In this document: positions 32,810 to 33,117 of the stretch, piece after piece
Numbering within the stretch: position 1 is the first letter of the stretch
Layout: the number at the start of each line of letters is the position of its first letter
Source: an uncultured Bdellovibrionales bacterium
GTDB lineage: Bacteria > Patescibacteriota > Minisyncoccia > Moranbacterales > UBA1568
Assembly: GCA_964450795.1 (NCBI GenBank)
Contig: CAYVDI010000004.1
Span: 4,207-37,323, forward strand
DNA: 33,117 nucleotides
Reading direction: 5' to 3'
Translations under genes and position numbers: made by a program
Notes under the pieces: model-generated
What the model saw: the letters and a program-made list of their open reading frames with translations, nothing else
Told to the model about the DNA's origin: nothing
Database searches by the model: none

Positions 32810-32833
32810 GTCATTCCCGCGAAAGCGGGGACC
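32810..32833 (+). repeat. GNRA-loop hairpin element GTCATTCCCGCGAAAGCGGGGACC
   Basis: TTCCCGC (32814-32820) pairs with GCGGGGA (32825-32831) around a GAAA loop. No U-tract follows. Confidence 0.8.
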
Positions 32834-32845
32834 AGTGTATTCCAA

Positions 32846-32880
32846 TGTTTATCGTTAACTGTTAACTGTTCACTGAATAT
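32846..32880 (+). repeat. Heptad array G (TGTTTAT CGTTAAC TGTTAAC TGTTCAC TGAATAT) ending at the DUF2304 start codon
   Basis: Five in-phase units lie at 32846-32880, and ATG 32879-32881 begins inside the last unit. It belongs to the same family, and has the same five-unit length, as arrays E and F. Confidence 0.9.
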
Positions 32881-33117
32881 GTCTCTCCACCTCTATCAGG
32901 TTGTCATCCTCGCTCTCGCCGCATTCATGATCTTTCAGGGTGGAAAAAAATACCTCACTCACGAGGACAGCCAGACCTTCCTCAAATTCGCCGTACGGGT
33001 CATCGTCTGGGGTGGCATGTCCGCTATCGCCGTCTATCCGAACTTAAGCAACCAGGTCGCCGGGTTCATCGGCATCGAGGGAAACATAAACGCGGTCATC
33101 CTCGTCGGATTCATCCT
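32879..33117 (+). CDS. DUF2304-family small membrane protein, 3'-truncated at the window edge
   Basis: This ORF is not in the supplied track because it runs off the window. My translation is MSLHLYQVVILALAAFMIFQGGKKYLTHEDSQTFLKFAVRVIVWGGMSAIAVYPNLSNQVAGFIGIEGNINAVILVGFI. It has two TM helices with the ..W....P.....A...GI.. pattern. Its position just after a GT2 gene is typical of DUF2304. Confidence 0.7.
   Translation, partial: MSLHLYQVVILALAAFMIFQGGKKYLTHEDSQTFLKFAVRVIVWGGMSAIAVYPNLSNQVAGFIGIEGNINAVILVGFI

Overview
This 33.1-kb window is a fairly GC-rich bacterial sequence with tightly packed genes. The gene content resembles an uncultivated Patescibacteria/CPR-type genome, but that is inference only. 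Most of the window is a cell-surface glycan or glycoconjugate locus. It holds five clear GT-C (GT39/ArnT/PMT-like) membrane glycosyltransferases, four of them adjacent, and one is fused to a metallophosphoesterase-like domain. The truncated first gene may be a sixth. The locus also carries an O-antigen-ligase-family (Wzy_C) protein, a Wzx/MOP-type flippase, two GT4 and two Dpm1/ArnC-like GT2 enzymes, GtrA, a UDP-galactopyranose-mutase-like flavoenzyme, UDP-glucose 6-dehydrogenase, an LPG-synthase-TM-like protein and a partial DUF2304 gene. Housekeeping content is a zur-znuA-znuC-znuB metal-uptake operon transcribed divergently from rtcB, plus a dTMP-kinase-like gene. Small AT-richer islets sit between the GC-rich genes. 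They carry an RHH (CopG-like) protein, two orphan small genes, a four-helix-bundle (23S rRNA IVS / Avd-like) protein and an AAA+ ATPase with DUF4143. I recognised no rRNA, tRNA, CRISPR array, transposase or integrase. Two signals seem most unusual. (1) Heptanucleotide-periodic repeat arrays occur in three sequence families (GTATnnn/nnnATAC, TGTTnnn, GGAAnTn). They sit exactly on gene boundaries or inside a CDS, and one identical 25-mer is translated in two different frames within the same gene. (2) A roughly 310-345 nt structured RNA or leader lies upstream of the flippase gene, with a perfect consensus promoter, a 20-bp long-range helix and a U-tract terminator. All functional calls come from motif recognition by eye; no searches were run.
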